64,000 nucleotides of DNA from an uncultured virus (IMG/VR IMGVR_UViG_3300044591_001667) (taxonomy: Duplodnaviria; Heunggongvirae; Uroviricota; Caudoviricetes). The DNA is taken from the IMG/VR virus record IMGVR_UViG_3300044591_001667. The stretch is one strand, 5' to 3'. Positions 44,412 to 54,353 of the stretch are shown piece after piece; position 1 is the stretch's first letter, and every line of letters begins with the position of its first letter. The notes beneath the pieces are model-generated. The model saw only the letters and a list, made by a program, of their open reading frames with translations, made no database searches and was not told where the DNA came from. Position numbers and translations under genes: made by a program.

Positions 44412-45071
44412 CTAAACAGTGAAGATGACCCCTTTATGGTGCTCGACCCTCACTAGGGGGTGTAGCCATATCTTGTAGCCAGCTTCTTTAGCCCCAACAC
44501 ACCAAGAGTAATCCTCACCCAACATGACAGGGAAGTTTGCTCCCTCAATCTCAATCTCTCGAATCTTGAACCATGGCCTAGCCATCTTCTCAAAGACCCC
44601 ATGCTTCACAGCCAAAAATCCAAAGCCAACTCCATCAACCTCGATAGGGTCGCCTTCTACTAGAAAGTTCACAGCGTTCAGTGAAACAGGATGCCCAGCC
44701 TCATTCAACTTCATAGCTGCTATCCGTCCGTCTCGTCCAACAGCCACCATCCCAGAGATAATCTCCCTGTCAGATTTCAAAAGGGTCTCAAAAGCCTCCA
44801 CCGACCAAGAGATGTCGGAATCTATCCAAAAGAGCTTCTCGTAGGTGAAAGCACCCCCACCCACCTCTACGGCTTCCCAGTCTGCCCCAGAACTATCGGT
44901 TGCAGTGTTCTCCCTAGCACTTGGCACAAAGGAGGAGTACTGGTTAATGAAGTGATAACTCAACCCACGCTTGTTTAGCCACTTAGTTGTCTCAATCAAA
45001 CTCTTGACGTAATCAGCCTTTAAATCACTACCCGGCGTTGCAATCACTACGTTGTAATGTTTCATATCCAC
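44412..45071 (-). CDS. Glycosyltransferase-like (GT-A fold) protein
   Basis: FWIDSD (DxD), GFGFL, GEDYSWC, VEHHK. Confidence 0.7.
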   Translation of the reverse strand: MDMKHYNVVIATPGSDLKADYVKSLIETTKWLNKRGLSYHFINQYSSFVPSARENTATDSSGADWEAVEVGGGAFTYEKLFWIDSDISWSVEAFETLLKSDREIISGMVAVGRDGRIAAMKLNEAGHPVSLNAVNFLVEGDPIEVDGVGFGFLAVKHGVFEKMARPWFKIREIEIEGANFPVMLGEDYSWCVGAKEAGYKIWLHPLVRVEHHKGVIFTV

Positions 45072-45103
45072 AATCTACTCCATAACACCTATAAGATGAA
45101 TCC

Positions 45104-45442
45104 ATGAAACGGAAAAAACTTAACGACGCTCTCCCTGAAAATGCAGCAGTTCTAGAACACACAGACACCCTTATCTATGACGTTCATTCACCGCAGGAGT
45201 GCGCCAAGGAGTTTTGTACCGTCCATAACCGCTCGAACCACCACATGCGCTCGTACCCTCAATACTTCAGGGAAGATATTGGAGTTATGGAGAGGACTTG
45301 CTCGCATGGCGTAGGACATCCCGACCCAGATGAATTTGCCATCAGCAAGGACATCTACCTAGCAATCCACGGATGCGACGGATGTTGTAGCGCACCACAA
45401 TCTCTTGTAGTACGAAAAGACTTAAGGAACTTAGGCAAATGA
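45104..45442 (+). CDS. His/Cys-rich hypothetical protein
   Basis: CTVHN.S.HHMR..MERTCSHGVGHPDPD..HGCDGCC; leaderless. Confidence 0.7.
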   Translation: MKRKKLNDALPENAAVLEHTDTLIYDVHSPQECAKEFCTVHNRSNHHMRSYPQYFREDIGVMERTCSHGVGHPDPDEFAISKDIYLAIHGCDGCCSAPQSLVVRKDLRNLGK

Positions 45443-45945
45443 ACATTGAAGAAATCAAGCAGTCCATGGCTTTGGAGTTAATGCGCCAAGGAGGATGGGA
45501 CCCAGAGCACCCAGAGGAATTCCCTATTGAATGGGATTTATCTCGACCAGATAGCCAGTACTCGCTTTGTCTTGAACAAGCATCTCATATGACGGAATTT
45601 CTTCTACAGCAGTTAATGCAAATCCAAGACCCAGAGTTTGAAGAAGAAGAAGAAGAAGAAGAAGAGCAGGAATCTTTTCTAGATCAATACGGCAACATCC
45701 GTAGAGAAAAGACCAATACAACATCTGCATGTCTTTTTATTTTTATGGACGCAGGTACTGGAAATCCTCGATATGTCTCAGATGTTAGAGAGTGGCTTGC
45801 AAATGTTGATAGAGCAGGTATCCCTGATGATACTGAAATTGAAGGTCAACTATATTTAGATTACGACCTAAAAGGTCCAATAGAAACTATTGAATGCGGA
45901 GAGTGTGGGAAGAAAGACGTTATCGTTTCTAACCACCATCATTGA
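45439..45945 (+). CDS. Hypothetical acidic protein
   Basis: 168 aa with poly-Glu tract. Confidence 0.65.
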   Translation: MNIEEIKQSMALELMRQGGWDPEHPEEFPIEWDLSRPDSQYSLCLEQASHMTEFLLQQLMQIQDPEFEEEEEEEEEQESFLDQYGNIRREKTNTTSACLFIFMDAGTGNPRYVSDVREWLANVDRAGIPDDTEIEGQLYLDYDLKGPIETIECGECGKKDVIVSNHHH

Positions 45946-46322
45946 TGCTCAATCCTAAGGTAATGGCTGCTATGGCTAAAAAAGAGCAGGAGCAATTACC
46001 TACAAGCATTTATTATCTGTCAGGTCCTATGACAGGACTTGTTGATTACAACCGTCCTGCATTTAATGAGGCTGCAAAATATTTACGTTCTCAAGGTTTT
46101 ACTGTTTGGAATCCTGCAGAGGAATTTGACCCCTCATACATCTACCCACGCAAGGTCTATATGCGTCGAGATATTGAAGCACTTTTAAAGTGTGAATCTA
46201 TAGTAATGCTTCATGGTTGGCAGAATTCCGCTGGCGCTCGTTTAGAGCTGGAAATTGCTCGAGAATTGGAAATGAACATCTTCTTCTTAGGGGATAATAA
46301 ACTAACTAAGGAGAACACATGA
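45945..46322 (+). CDS. DUF4406 / nucleoside deoxyribosyltransferase-like protein
   Basis: YLSGPMTG..N..AF..NPA..SAGARLE. Confidence 0.8.
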   Translation: MLNPKVMAAMAKKEQEQLPTSIYYLSGPMTGLVDYNRPAFNEAAKYLRSQGFTVWNPAEEFDPSYIYPRKVYMRRDIEALLKCESIVMLHGWQNSAGARLELEIARELEMNIFFLGDNKLTKENT

Positions 46323-46474
46323 GACCCACACCAGAGAAGCTTCCAGAAGACATGCGTGACAAGTGTCCATATTGTGGACGCCTTCGTGAATATGATGATG
46401 GTCATGGTCGTCCACGTTGTCCAAAGCAGGGTTGTGCAGGACAGCACTCAGGTTGGAATAAGCCAACTAAGTAG
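46319..46474 (+). CDS. 51-aa zinc-ribbon microprotein
   Basis: Hand-translated; AAGGAG RBS; CPYCG..CPKQGC. Confidence 0.5.
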   Translation: MRPTPEKLPEDMRDKCPYCGRLREYDDGHGRPRCPKQGCAGQHSGWNKPTK

Positions 46475-46539
46475 CTTGCGCTACACTAACAACTCGTCTA
46501 TTTTTTAACCCCATTACCTTTAACTTTTAGGAGTTTACT

Positions 46540-48588
46540 GTGAGTATCGCTTTCTCTTTTTCCTTGTCAAAAGACTATGTTGCAACATATAAGGATAAGA
46601 AAGCGCCATTTGGTTATACAGATTCAGCAGGTAACTCCGTAGGTGAGATTACTTTTCTTCGTACTTACTCTCGTAAGAAAGAAGATGGAACTAAAGAGAC
46701 TTGGGCAGATGTCTGCGAGCGCGTAACCAATGGTACATACTCACTTCAAAAAGATTACGCAAAGTCACAACGTCTTCCATGGAATGATTCAAAAGCACAG
46801 TCAAGTGCAAAAGAATTTTTTGATCGTCTATTTAACTTGAAGTGGACTCCACCAGGACGTGGACTTTGGGTTATGGGAACTCCAATTGTTAATGAGCAGA
46901 AAAACTCTGCTGCACTTCAAAACTGCGCATTTGTTTCAACTGCAGAGATGACAAAGAACAATCCAGCAAAACCTTTTGCTTTCTTGATGGAAGCATCAAT
47001 GCTTGGTGTTGGTGTTGGTTTTGACCAACTTGGTGCAGATAAAGATTTTACTATTTATGAGCCACAGGGTGAAGAGACTTACGTTATTCCTGATACTCGT
47101 GAAGGATGGCAAGAGTCAACCGTTGCACTCATCAACTCTTTCCTTAAGGAAGGTCAGAAGTCTTTGGCTTTTGATTACTCAGAGATTCGTCCTTATGGTG
47201 CACCTATTGCAACCTTTGGTGGGACAGCTTCTGGTCCAGACCCACTTATTCTTCTTCATGACATTATTCGCAAGATGTTCACTGGACGTGCAGGTGACAA
47301 GCTAACTCGCACAGATATTGCAGATATTGGTAATTTGATTGGCCGTTGTGTAGTCTCTGGGAATGTTCGTCGAAGCGCAGAAATCCTCATTGGTGACATC
47401 AATGACGAAGAGTTCCTCAACCTCAAGAATGCAGAGCGTTTCCCTGAACGCAACTCATACGATGCAGAAAACCCAGGTTGGGCGTGGATGTCAAACAACT
47501 CAGTCGCAGTTGAAGTTGGAACTGACTTCAACCCAATCATTGATGGAATTGTCCGCAATGGTGAGCCTGGCGTTATCTGGATGGATACGTCTCGTAAGTA
47601 CGGAAGACTGGCAGACCCAATCAATAACAAAGACTGGCGAATCGCAGGTTACAACCCTTGTGCAGAACAGTCTCTCGAATCATATGAAATGTGTACGCTC
47701 GTTGAAACTTACCTCAACCGTCACGACTCACTCGAAGATTACAAGCGCACACTAAAGTTCGCATACCTTTACGCCAAGACTGTAACTCTTCTCCCAACCC
47801 ACTGGGAAGAGACAAACGCAATCATGCAGCGTAACCGTCGCATTGGAACATCTATGTCAGGTGTTGCAAACTTTGCAGACAGAGTTGGTCTACCTACTCT
47901 TCGCGAGTGGATGGATGAAGGCTACGCAGTTATTAAAAAGTACGACACTGTTTATTCAGAGTGGCTTGGTGTTCGTGAGTCAATCAAGACTACAACCGTA
48001 AAGCCATCAGGAACCGTTTCAATTCTTGCAGGTGAATCACCAGGAGTTCACTGGACTCCAGGCGGTAAGTTCTTCAAGCGAGCAATTCGTTTTGGAAATA
48101 ATGACCCAATGCTTCCACTTTTCAAGATGGCTAACTACACAGTAGAACCAGCATCTGAATCTCCTGAGACAACTAGCGTTGTGTACTTCCCAATCAAATC
48201 TAATGCAGAGCGTGCAGAACGTGACGTTACAATTTTTGAGAAGATGTCATTGGCTGCAATGGCTCAGCACTATTGGTCAGACAACTCTGTATCTGTCACA
48301 GTTTCATTTGATCCTGAAACAGAAGGTCAGCATGTAGGCACAGTCCTTCACATGTATGACGGACAGCTAAAGACTGTCTCATTCCTACCTTCAGGAAACT
48401 TTACATACCCACAGATGCCATACACCCAAATTACTGAAGAAGAGTATGAAGCTTCATTGATGAAACTTTTCCCAATTGATTTCAGTGGTGTCTACGCAGG
48501 TCTTGCATCTGATGCGATTGGTGATGCTTACTGCACCACTGACGCTTGTGAGATTAAGTTGATTGTCGAGAACCAGAAAGACAAGTAA
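46540..48588 (+). CDS. nrdJ: Class II (adenosylcobalamin-dependent) ribonucleotide reductase, monomeric RTPR type
   Basis: PPGRGLW, NCAF, GNVRRSA, NPCAE, TVKPSGTVS, C-terminal CTTDAC; no beta subunit nearby. Confidence 0.92.
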   Translation: MSIAFSFSLSKDYVATYKDKKAPFGYTDSAGNSVGEITFLRTYSRKKEDGTKETWADVCERVTNGTYSLQKDYAKSQRLPWNDSKAQSSAKEFFDRLFNLKWTPPGRGLWVMGTPIVNEQKNSAALQNCAFVSTAEMTKNNPAKPFAFLMEASMLGVGVGFDQLGADKDFTIYEPQGEETYVIPDTREGWQESTVALINSFLKEGQKSLAFDYSEIRPYGAPIATFGGTASGPDPLILLHDIIRKMFTGRAGDKLTRTDIADIGNLIGRCVVSGNVRRSAEILIGDINDEEFLNLKNAERFPERNSYDAENPGWAWMSNNSVAVEVGTDFNPIIDGIVRNGEPGVIWMDTSRKYGRLADPINNKDWRIAGYNPCAEQSLESYEMCTLVETYLNRHDSLEDYKRTLKFAYLYAKTVTLLPTHWEETNAIMQRNRRIGTSMSGVANFADRVGLPTLREWMDEGYAVIKKYDTVYSEWLGVRESIKTTTVKPSGTVSILAGESPGVHWTPGGKFFKRAIRFGNNDPMLPLFKMANYTVEPASESPETTSVVYFPIKSNAERAERDVTIFEKMSLAAMAQHYWSDNSVSVTVSFDPETEGQHVGTVLHMYDGQLKTVSFLPSGNFTYPQMPYTQITEEEYEASLMKLFPIDFSGVYAGLASDAIGDAYCTTDACEIKLIVENQKDK

Positions 48589-48761
48589 TGGCAACCTACG
48601 AGTACAAGTGCAAGAATGACCATCTTCAGGAGGTTCGTCGTCCAATGACTGCCCCTGAAGAGAGTGTCGTTTGCGAGAAGTGCTCGGAGCCTATGTCTAA
48701 GATTTACCATGCAGCACCAGCAATATTTAAAGGCTCAGGCTTCTACTCGACCAGAAAATAG
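48588..48761 (+). CDS. FmdB-like zinc-ribbon protein
   Basis: Hand-translated MATYEYKC..H..CEKC..IFKGSGFYST. Confidence 0.75.
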   Translation: MATYEYKCKNDHLQEVRRPMTAPEESVVCEKCSEPMSKIYHAAPAIFKGSGFYSTRK

Positions 48762-48831
48762 GGATTAATGATGGGCGAGCCTATTGACGTGCCAGTAGGC
48801 TCCCCTTCATACTTACCCTAAGGAGGTAGAA

Positions 48832-48996
48832 ATGATTCTAGAGACAACAGACATTATCGCCATTATTATTGCTTTGTTAGGTTGTATCACAATGATGGGC
48901 CTTTTCTGGAGACAGAATATGGCGCTTCAAAAACAAAATATTAGACTTAGAAAACGTATAGTTGAGATAGAAATGAAAAACATTCTTCATAAGTAG
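48832..48996 (+). CDS. Small membrane protein (54 aa)
   Basis: AGGAGG RBS; TM helix then coiled coil. Confidence 0.55.
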   Translation: MILETTDIIAIIIALLGCITMMGLFWRQNMALQKQNIRLRKRIVEIEMKNILHK

Positions 48997-49037
48997 GAAT
49001 GCTATGATTGAAGACCGAAGTACTAGGAAGGACAAAA

Positions 49038-49295
49038 ATGGCAATTCAGGTACCGCACTTTGATGACCCTAAAGAGAAGGTTGCATGGATTCGTGCAAAG
49101 ACACTCGAGCTAACTGCAGACCATGACAATCCTGCTATTGAAGCAGATCGCGCATCTCTTGATGCTGTCTATCGAGCAGCACTTGAAGACGCTGGGCTTG
49201 CTGATTGGGAACCCGCTGAAAATATGAAGCGCCCAACAGAAGTAGACCCATTTATTGAAGAGCATCTTGCTTCACCCGCTGAACCAACTGAGTAG
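49038..49295 (+). CDS. Hypothetical protein
   Basis: ATG 49038 with GAAGGA RBS. Confidence 0.6.
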   Translation: MAIQVPHFDDPKEKVAWIRAKTLELTADHDNPAIEADRASLDAVYRAALEDAGLADWEPAENMKRPTEVDPFIEEHLASPAEPTE

Positions 49296-49787
49296 TTGGA
49301 ACGCGTAAAAGAATTTACAGAAACAGACCTTGTGAGTCTCTCACAGGGTCTTGTTTCTATTTCTAGCGCAATAACCTCTGACTCCGAAAAACTCAAAGAA
49401 GTTTACGATAGAAACTCTGACAAAATTGAACTGTACAGAATTCCTCCGTTAGAAAATGCCATAACTAAAGTTTTTAATATATTTTGGCAATCTCACATTT
49501 GTGGACAAATTGTTCTACAAATAAGAAATCAAACAGGAGTTGTTAGTTACTGGGTTGATGAGCAATTGTCTAATAGAAACATTGCTACAAACTCAGTAAT
49601 TCTTTTAAAAGAGTATGCTTTTGATGTTTTAAATTTAGAGCTTTTAGAGGCTTATGTTCAGCCAGAAAATGTTAAAAGCCAACGTGTCTTAGAGAAGTCA
49701 GATTTTGCAAAACTAGAATCATTTTACAAACCTAACTCCCCAGCAAATGGCTCAGTTTTACATCTAATCTACAGAACTTACCCATAA
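49296..49787 (+). CDS. GNAT N-acetyltransferase, RimJ/RimL-like
   Basis: SYWV..NRNIAT..AYVQPENVKSQRVLEK. Confidence 0.75.
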   Translation: MERVKEFTETDLVSLSQGLVSISSAITSDSEKLKEVYDRNSDKIELYRIPPLENAITKVFNIFWQSHICGQIVLQIRNQTGVVSYWVDEQLSNRNIATNSVILLKEYAFDVLNLELLEAYVQPENVKSQRVLEKSDFAKLESFYKPNSPANGSVLHLIYRTYP

Positions 49788-49841
49788 GCCTTGTCATAAT
49801 GAAATAGGGATATTCCCTGTTTTGTTAGTGTAAGGAACAAA

Positions 49842-50351
49842 TTGGCTAAGACTCAAATGCCTATTGATGGCAAACTAGGAAAAGAATACAAAATTACTTC
49901 TCCATTCGGTTGGAGAATTCATCCTATTGAAAAGTACCGCAAGCACCACAATGGCGTAGACCTATGGGGAGCAGCAAAGAAAATCTATTGCGAAGCTTGG
50001 CATGATGGAACAGTTGTTGCTGCTGGTACATCAAAGCTAAAGAACCCAGATGGCTCTCTTGGTGGTGTTGGATGGTATGTCGATGTTCGATCAAAAATAA
50101 ATGGCAATTGGTATGTAAGTAGATATGCACACCTAAGAGAAAACTCTTTAAATGTTATTAAAGGTCAAAAAGTTGAAGCTGGAACTGTTCTCGGAATTAT
50201 GGGAAACACAGGAGCTTCTACTGGAAAGCATCTTCATTTTGAAATCTGCAGAGGTAAAACTCACAGATGGACTAGTGACGGAAGCAATTTTGTTGACCCA
50301 TTAGCGTTCATAAAGCAGGTAATTACAGAAGAGTCTGAATCAATGGCTTAA
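49842..50351 (+). CDS. M23 family peptidase
   Basis: HNGVD, YAHL, STGKHLHFE. Confidence 0.9.
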   Translation: MAKTQMPIDGKLGKEYKITSPFGWRIHPIEKYRKHHNGVDLWGAAKKIYCEAWHDGTVVAAGTSKLKNPDGSLGGVGWYVDVRSKINGNWYVSRYAHLRENSLNVIKGQKVEAGTVLGIMGNTGASTGKHLHFEICRGKTHRWTSDGSNFVDPLAFIKQVITEESESMA

Positions 50352-50411
50352 ATCAACTTTTTAAACATACATAAAATGGATTTACTTATTTTTATATGTT
50401 AAGGAAAGATT

Positions 50412-51194
50412 ATGGCAAAAGCTCAGTTCCCTGTTGACGGCGTCCCAGGAAAAAGTTGGAAAGTTACATCTGCTTTCGGGTGGAGAATTCACCCTGTAAA
50501 GAAGACTAAGAAGCATCACAATGGCACAGATATTTGGGCTGGCGTAGAGCCTTGCTACATTGAGTCTGCTTATGATGGCAAAGTTATTACTTCTGGTCCA
50601 TCAAACAAGAAGAAGGCAGATGGAGAGCCAGACGGCTTTGGCTACTACGTAACTGTGCTCTCTCAAGTAGATGGTGTCTGGGTTACCAATCTTTACGCAC
50701 ACATGGCGAAAGACTCGCTGAAGGTAAAAGTTGGTCAGAAGATTGAAGCTGGCACAGTTTTGGGTAAGATGGGCGCTACTGGCATGGTGACTGGAAAGCA
50801 CCTGCACTGGGAGACATGGAAAGGAAAGACACACGGATGGTCAGCAGATGGCTCAGGATTTTTGGACCCAATCGAGTTCTGCAAAGCTGTAATTGCGAAA
50901 GAGAAGGCAGTTGCAAATGCACCGTCAGCAACACCAGAGACTGTACTTGCAAATCCAGAGAAGACAACCGCGAAAGCTCCCGTCACGAATCCATCAGCCT
51001 CTGCTCCTGCGAAAGCAAAACCGTCTACCACTCCTGCGGCTGCGGCAACTGCTAACGTATACAAAGTTGTATCTGGAGATACTCTTACTAAAATTGCGGG
51101 GCGTCACAACACAACTGTTGCAGTGTTGGTAAAGCTGAACGGTATTAAAGACCCGAACAAGATTAATGTCGGTCAAGTAATTAAATTGCCATAA
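50412..51194 (+). CDS. M23 peptidase with C-terminal LysM (probable endolysin)
   Basis: HNGTD, HLHWE, P/A/T linker, [25 protein letters not shown]. Confidence 0.9.
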   Translation: MAKAQFPVDGVPGKSWKVTSAFGWRIHPVKKTKKHHNGTDIWAGVEPCYIESAYDGKVITSGPSNKKKADGEPDGFGYYVTVLSQVDGVWVTNLYAHMAKDSLKVKVGQKIEAGTVLGKMGATGMVTGKHLHWETWKGKTHGWSADGSGFLDPIEFCKAVIAKEKAVANAPSATPETVLANPEKTTAKAPVTNPSASAPAKAKPSTTPAAAATANVYKVVSGDTLTKIAGRHNTTVAVLVKLNGIKDPNKINVGQVIKLP

Positions 51195-51215
51195 ACGTAA
51201 GATAAAATTCGTTTT

Positions 51216-51467
51216 ATGAAAACAATCGTTTATACCTTACCTAACTGTTCCCAGTGTGACGCTACAAAGCGTTTGATGACAGCAAATAACATCGAGTTTG
51301 ATGAGCTTGCTTTACAAGACTATCCAGACAAGGCTCAGGAATTTATTGAGCAGGGGCATAAGTCTGCCCCCATCGTAGACACTGGCTCACAGGTCTGGTC
51401 AGGCTTTAAGTATGAAGAAATAAAGGCTTTGGCCCAATATCTTGACACCCAGCGAGGCACGTCATAG
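51216..51467 (+). CDS. nrdH: NrdH-like glutaredoxin
   Basis: VYTLPNCSQCDATKR..SAPIV..WSGF. Confidence 0.85.
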   Translation: MKTIVYTLPNCSQCDATKRLMTANNIEFDELALQDYPDKAQEFIEQGHKSAPIVDTGSQVWSGFKYEEIKALAQYLDTQRGTS

Positions 51468-51510
51468 ACTGCAGGTAGAAGCAACAATAACGACAGGAAG
51501 ACGAAACGAC

Positions 51511-51693
51511 ATGTCACTTGCACTCACCTGCGACGGACCTAGCTGTACAGCCAGCGTTGCAAACACTTATGCCAATAAAGCCGCTTGGGTATTAATGTCT
51601 CACAAAAATGAGGATAAGCATTTTTGCTCATGGAACTGCGTAATTACTTTTGTCAATGAGGTAGATGTCTTAGATGGTTTTGGGACAACGTAA
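51511..51693 (+). CDS. Small zinc-finger protein
   Basis: ATG 51511; CDGPSC..HFCSWNC. Confidence 0.55.
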   Translation: MSLALTCDGPSCTASVANTYANKAAWVLMSHKNEDKHFCSWNCVITFVNEVDVLDGFGTT

Positions 51694-51707
51694 GGTAGGC
51701 TTTCAAT

Positions 51708-52412
51708 ATGGGAAAAAAGATAATCAAGTTTGGTAAAAGCCATCCATATCCACCTTTACCTGTTCCAATAAGAAATGTCGTACCCGAGTGGTATAAAAAA
51801 TCTCCTCGCTTTATTGATGGCAAGGAAGCAAGCATTATCTATACCGAACGAGGAGCACGTTCTAACATCGGAATGAAGATGTGTGTTCCATTCTTTGACC
51901 CTATGATTTCTGGATACACGGCGACCCTCTGGCAGGATGTACAAGTTACAAGACGTCCTGATGGATTAAAACTTGATTGGCTTGTCGATCCAACTCCAAT
52001 TAATGATAGAAGTAATCATGGAATGGAGTTGTTGCCAATCCCAGCAGGGCACGTTCCTCAACAGTATGCATGGGTAACCCCATTCTCAGTTGAAACCCCA
52101 CCTGGTTATAGTGTTTTGATTACCCATCCTTTTAATCGATACGACTTACCTTTTACAACTTTAAATGGCATCCACGACTCCGATTCAATTATGCCTCACG
52201 GTCATCTTCCTTTTTACATCAAAGATAACTTTGAAGGTGTAATTCCAGCAGGAACTCCTATCTATCAAATTTTCCCATTTAAAAGAGACTCTTGGGAATC
52301 AGAGTATGACGAAACTCTAGGAGAAAAAGCAGAGAAACGAATGTGGGACGGTATGACGAAAATGTTTGGTCATTACCGAAATAACATATGGCATAAGAAA
52401 GAGTACAACTAA
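51708..52412 (+). CDS. Hypothetical phage protein, predicted beta-rich
   Basis: VPEWYK..KMCVPFFD..GY..TPPGYSVL..GTPIYQIFPFKR; leaderless. Confidence 0.7.
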   Translation: MGKKIIKFGKSHPYPPLPVPIRNVVPEWYKKSPRFIDGKEASIIYTERGARSNIGMKMCVPFFDPMISGYTATLWQDVQVTRRPDGLKLDWLVDPTPINDRSNHGMELLPIPAGHVPQQYAWVTPFSVETPPGYSVLITHPFNRYDLPFTTLNGIHDSDSIMPHGHLPFYIKDNFEGVIPAGTPIYQIFPFKRDSWESEYDETLGEKAEKRMWDGMTKMFGHYRNNIWHKKEYN

Positions 52413-53995
52413 TGGACCTTCGGGATATAAAAAATGTAACCATCTTAGGCGGGGGCACTGCTGGATGGCTTGTTGCACTATATGCCAAAACAGTTTTGCC
52501 AACAAAAAAAGTAACTCTTATTGAATCTGACAAAATTGGCATTCTTGGTGCTGGAGAAGGTTCAACTCCCCAACTAATTTCTTTTCTTGACGTACTTGGA
52601 ATACCAATATCGAAGCTTATTCGTGAAGCATCTGTAACTATTAAACAAGGAATTAAATTTACAAATTGGCATAACGGTGGAGACAGTGATTGGTTCTATC
52701 ATCCATTTGTTGGCTTTGGCAATTGCGCAGCGGTTGAGATGAGTCTTGAGCGTTATGTTGCTGGAACTCCTGCAATTTTTTCCCAAGCAGTAAAAACACA
52801 AGACCCTCAAGAAGAGTGGTGTTTTGTCACAAGACTATGTGAACAAAATAAAGTTTCTTTTAAACCACTAAAGAATCAGATGTATTCAGGTGAAGACCCG
52901 ATTTTTCAGTTTGACAAGATGGGAGCTTTTTCTCTTCATTTTGATGCCCGTAAATTGGCTGCTGTTTTATCTGAGATTGGGCAAGAAAGAGGTATTGTTC
53001 GAGTTGAAGGTATGGTCGAAGACTATAAAACAGATGAAGAAGGATACGTTACAGAGCTGACATTAGAAGATGGAAGTTCTGTAAAAACAGATTTTGTTTT
53101 TGATTGCTCAGGGTTTAATTCCTTCTTTTCTAAAAAGTTTAATAGCGAGTGGATTTCTGCTGAAGACCATTTGACTGTAAATGCTGCAATGCCATTCTTC
53201 CTTGAAATGGACGAATCTATCCCTTCTTACACTGAATCTATTGCTATGAAGTATGGATGGGCTTGGAAGATTCCTCTACAACACAGATACGGCTGCGGAT
53301 ATGTATTTAACAGTCGAATGATTAATGATGAAGAAGCGAAAGCAGAAATTGTAGAGTGGCTTGGTTATGAGCCCGAATGGCCTCGAGAAAAATCATTTGC
53401 ATGGACTCCAGGTTATTTAAAAGAACCTTGGAAAAAGAATGTATATACAGTAGGTCTATCTGCAGGATTCGTTGAGCCACTTGAAGCAACTTCAATTTGG
53501 ACAACAATTATTGACTGGACTAGTAACGTACTCGGTAACACCGAGCTTATGTATCTTAAAGACCAAAGCATTCAAGACCACTTCAACTCTCATTGGCGTA
53601 GTAGTCAAGATGAAGTTATTGCTTTTGTTTATGCTCACTATATGGGAGAGCGAACTGACACAGAGTTTTGGAAGCATTACACATACGATAATGCACCAGA
53701 ACTTGCAAAAAAGTATTTAGACATTAATAATAAACGTTCCTTTATTATTACTGATTTTATCGGGCATAACTTCTTTGAAATAGATTCATGGTCTTATATT
53801 CTTATAGGACACAAGAATAAAAATTTCTATGAAAATCATAAGTTGTTTGATTTTTACAACTTTACAAGAACTTTTATGGATCATAGGTATGGTTCATTTA
53901 AAACATTAATACAACAAGTAGCAGATTTTGAAGCAGTCTCCCACAACGAATTTTTAGATGCTATGAGAGAGGAGGGGATCAATGAAAACCAATAA
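52412..53995 (+). CDS. Tryptophan halogenase family flavoprotein
   Basis: GGGTAG, GAGEGS, HFDA, DCSGF, GWAWKIP (WxWxIP), FVEPLEAT. Confidence 0.88.
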   Translation: MDLRDIKNVTILGGGTAGWLVALYAKTVLPTKKVTLIESDKIGILGAGEGSTPQLISFLDVLGIPISKLIREASVTIKQGIKFTNWHNGGDSDWFYHPFVGFGNCAAVEMSLERYVAGTPAIFSQAVKTQDPQEEWCFVTRLCEQNKVSFKPLKNQMYSGEDPIFQFDKMGAFSLHFDARKLAAVLSEIGQERGIVRVEGMVEDYKTDEEGYVTELTLEDGSSVKTDFVFDCSGFNSFFSKKFNSEWISAEDHLTVNAAMPFFLEMDESIPSYTESIAMKYGWAWKIPLQHRYGCGYVFNSRMINDEEAKAEIVEWLGYEPEWPREKSFAWTPGYLKEPWKKNVYTVGLSAGFVEPLEATSIWTTIIDWTSNVLGNTELMYLKDQSIQDHFNSHWRSSQDEVIAFVYAHYMGERTDTEFWKHYTYDNAPELAKKYLDINNKRSFIITDFIGHNFFEIDSWSYILIGHKNKNFYENHKLFDFYNFTRTFMDHRYGSFKTLIQQVADFEAVSHNEFLDAMREEGINENQ

Positions 53996-54353
53996 AACAC
54001 CCAAGAATTACCAATACAAAGACCCAAACTTTTACACAAACCAAGAAGTCTTTGACGGAAATGTGAAGAAACATTTCCAGTGGGTCAAAGCACTAAAGAC
54101 GATGGGTCAACGCAGTTATTGGAATATCCCCAATACAGTCGAGTTCTTAGCATTTACTACTAAAGCTCTTATTATTATTCCAGGTTTACTCTTTGGAGTT
54201 TCAATTTGGTGGCTCTACATCTTTGCGCTTATCACAAGTGTTCTATTGATTTGGTCAGCAACTATTAAAACACTGCCAACTCTTATCTGGTTTAACATTC
54301 TTTGGGCCACTCTTGCAACAACATTTTTGGTAAAGCACTTTATGGGACTGTAA
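53982..54353 (+). CDS. Membrane protein
   Basis: About three hydrophobic helices. Confidence 0.65.
   Translation: MKTNKTPKNYQYKDPNFYTNQEVFDGNVKKHFQWVKALKTMGQRSYWNIPNTVEFLAFTTKALIIIPGLLFGVSIWWLYIFALITSVLLIWSATIKTLPTLIWFNILWATLATTFLVKHFMGL

Noticed and set aside
45640..45666. GAA microsatellite as a phase-variation tract
   Set aside because: In-frame triplet repeat encoding poly-Glu; length change would not shift frame.
46540..48588. Intein or intron in the ribonucleotide reductase
   Set aside because: 682-aa ORF continuous, normal length, no splice-junction motifs.
48768..48810. Long imperfect hairpin after the FmdB-like gene as an ncRNA
   Set aside because: Single hairpin without other support; could be a processing or termination site.
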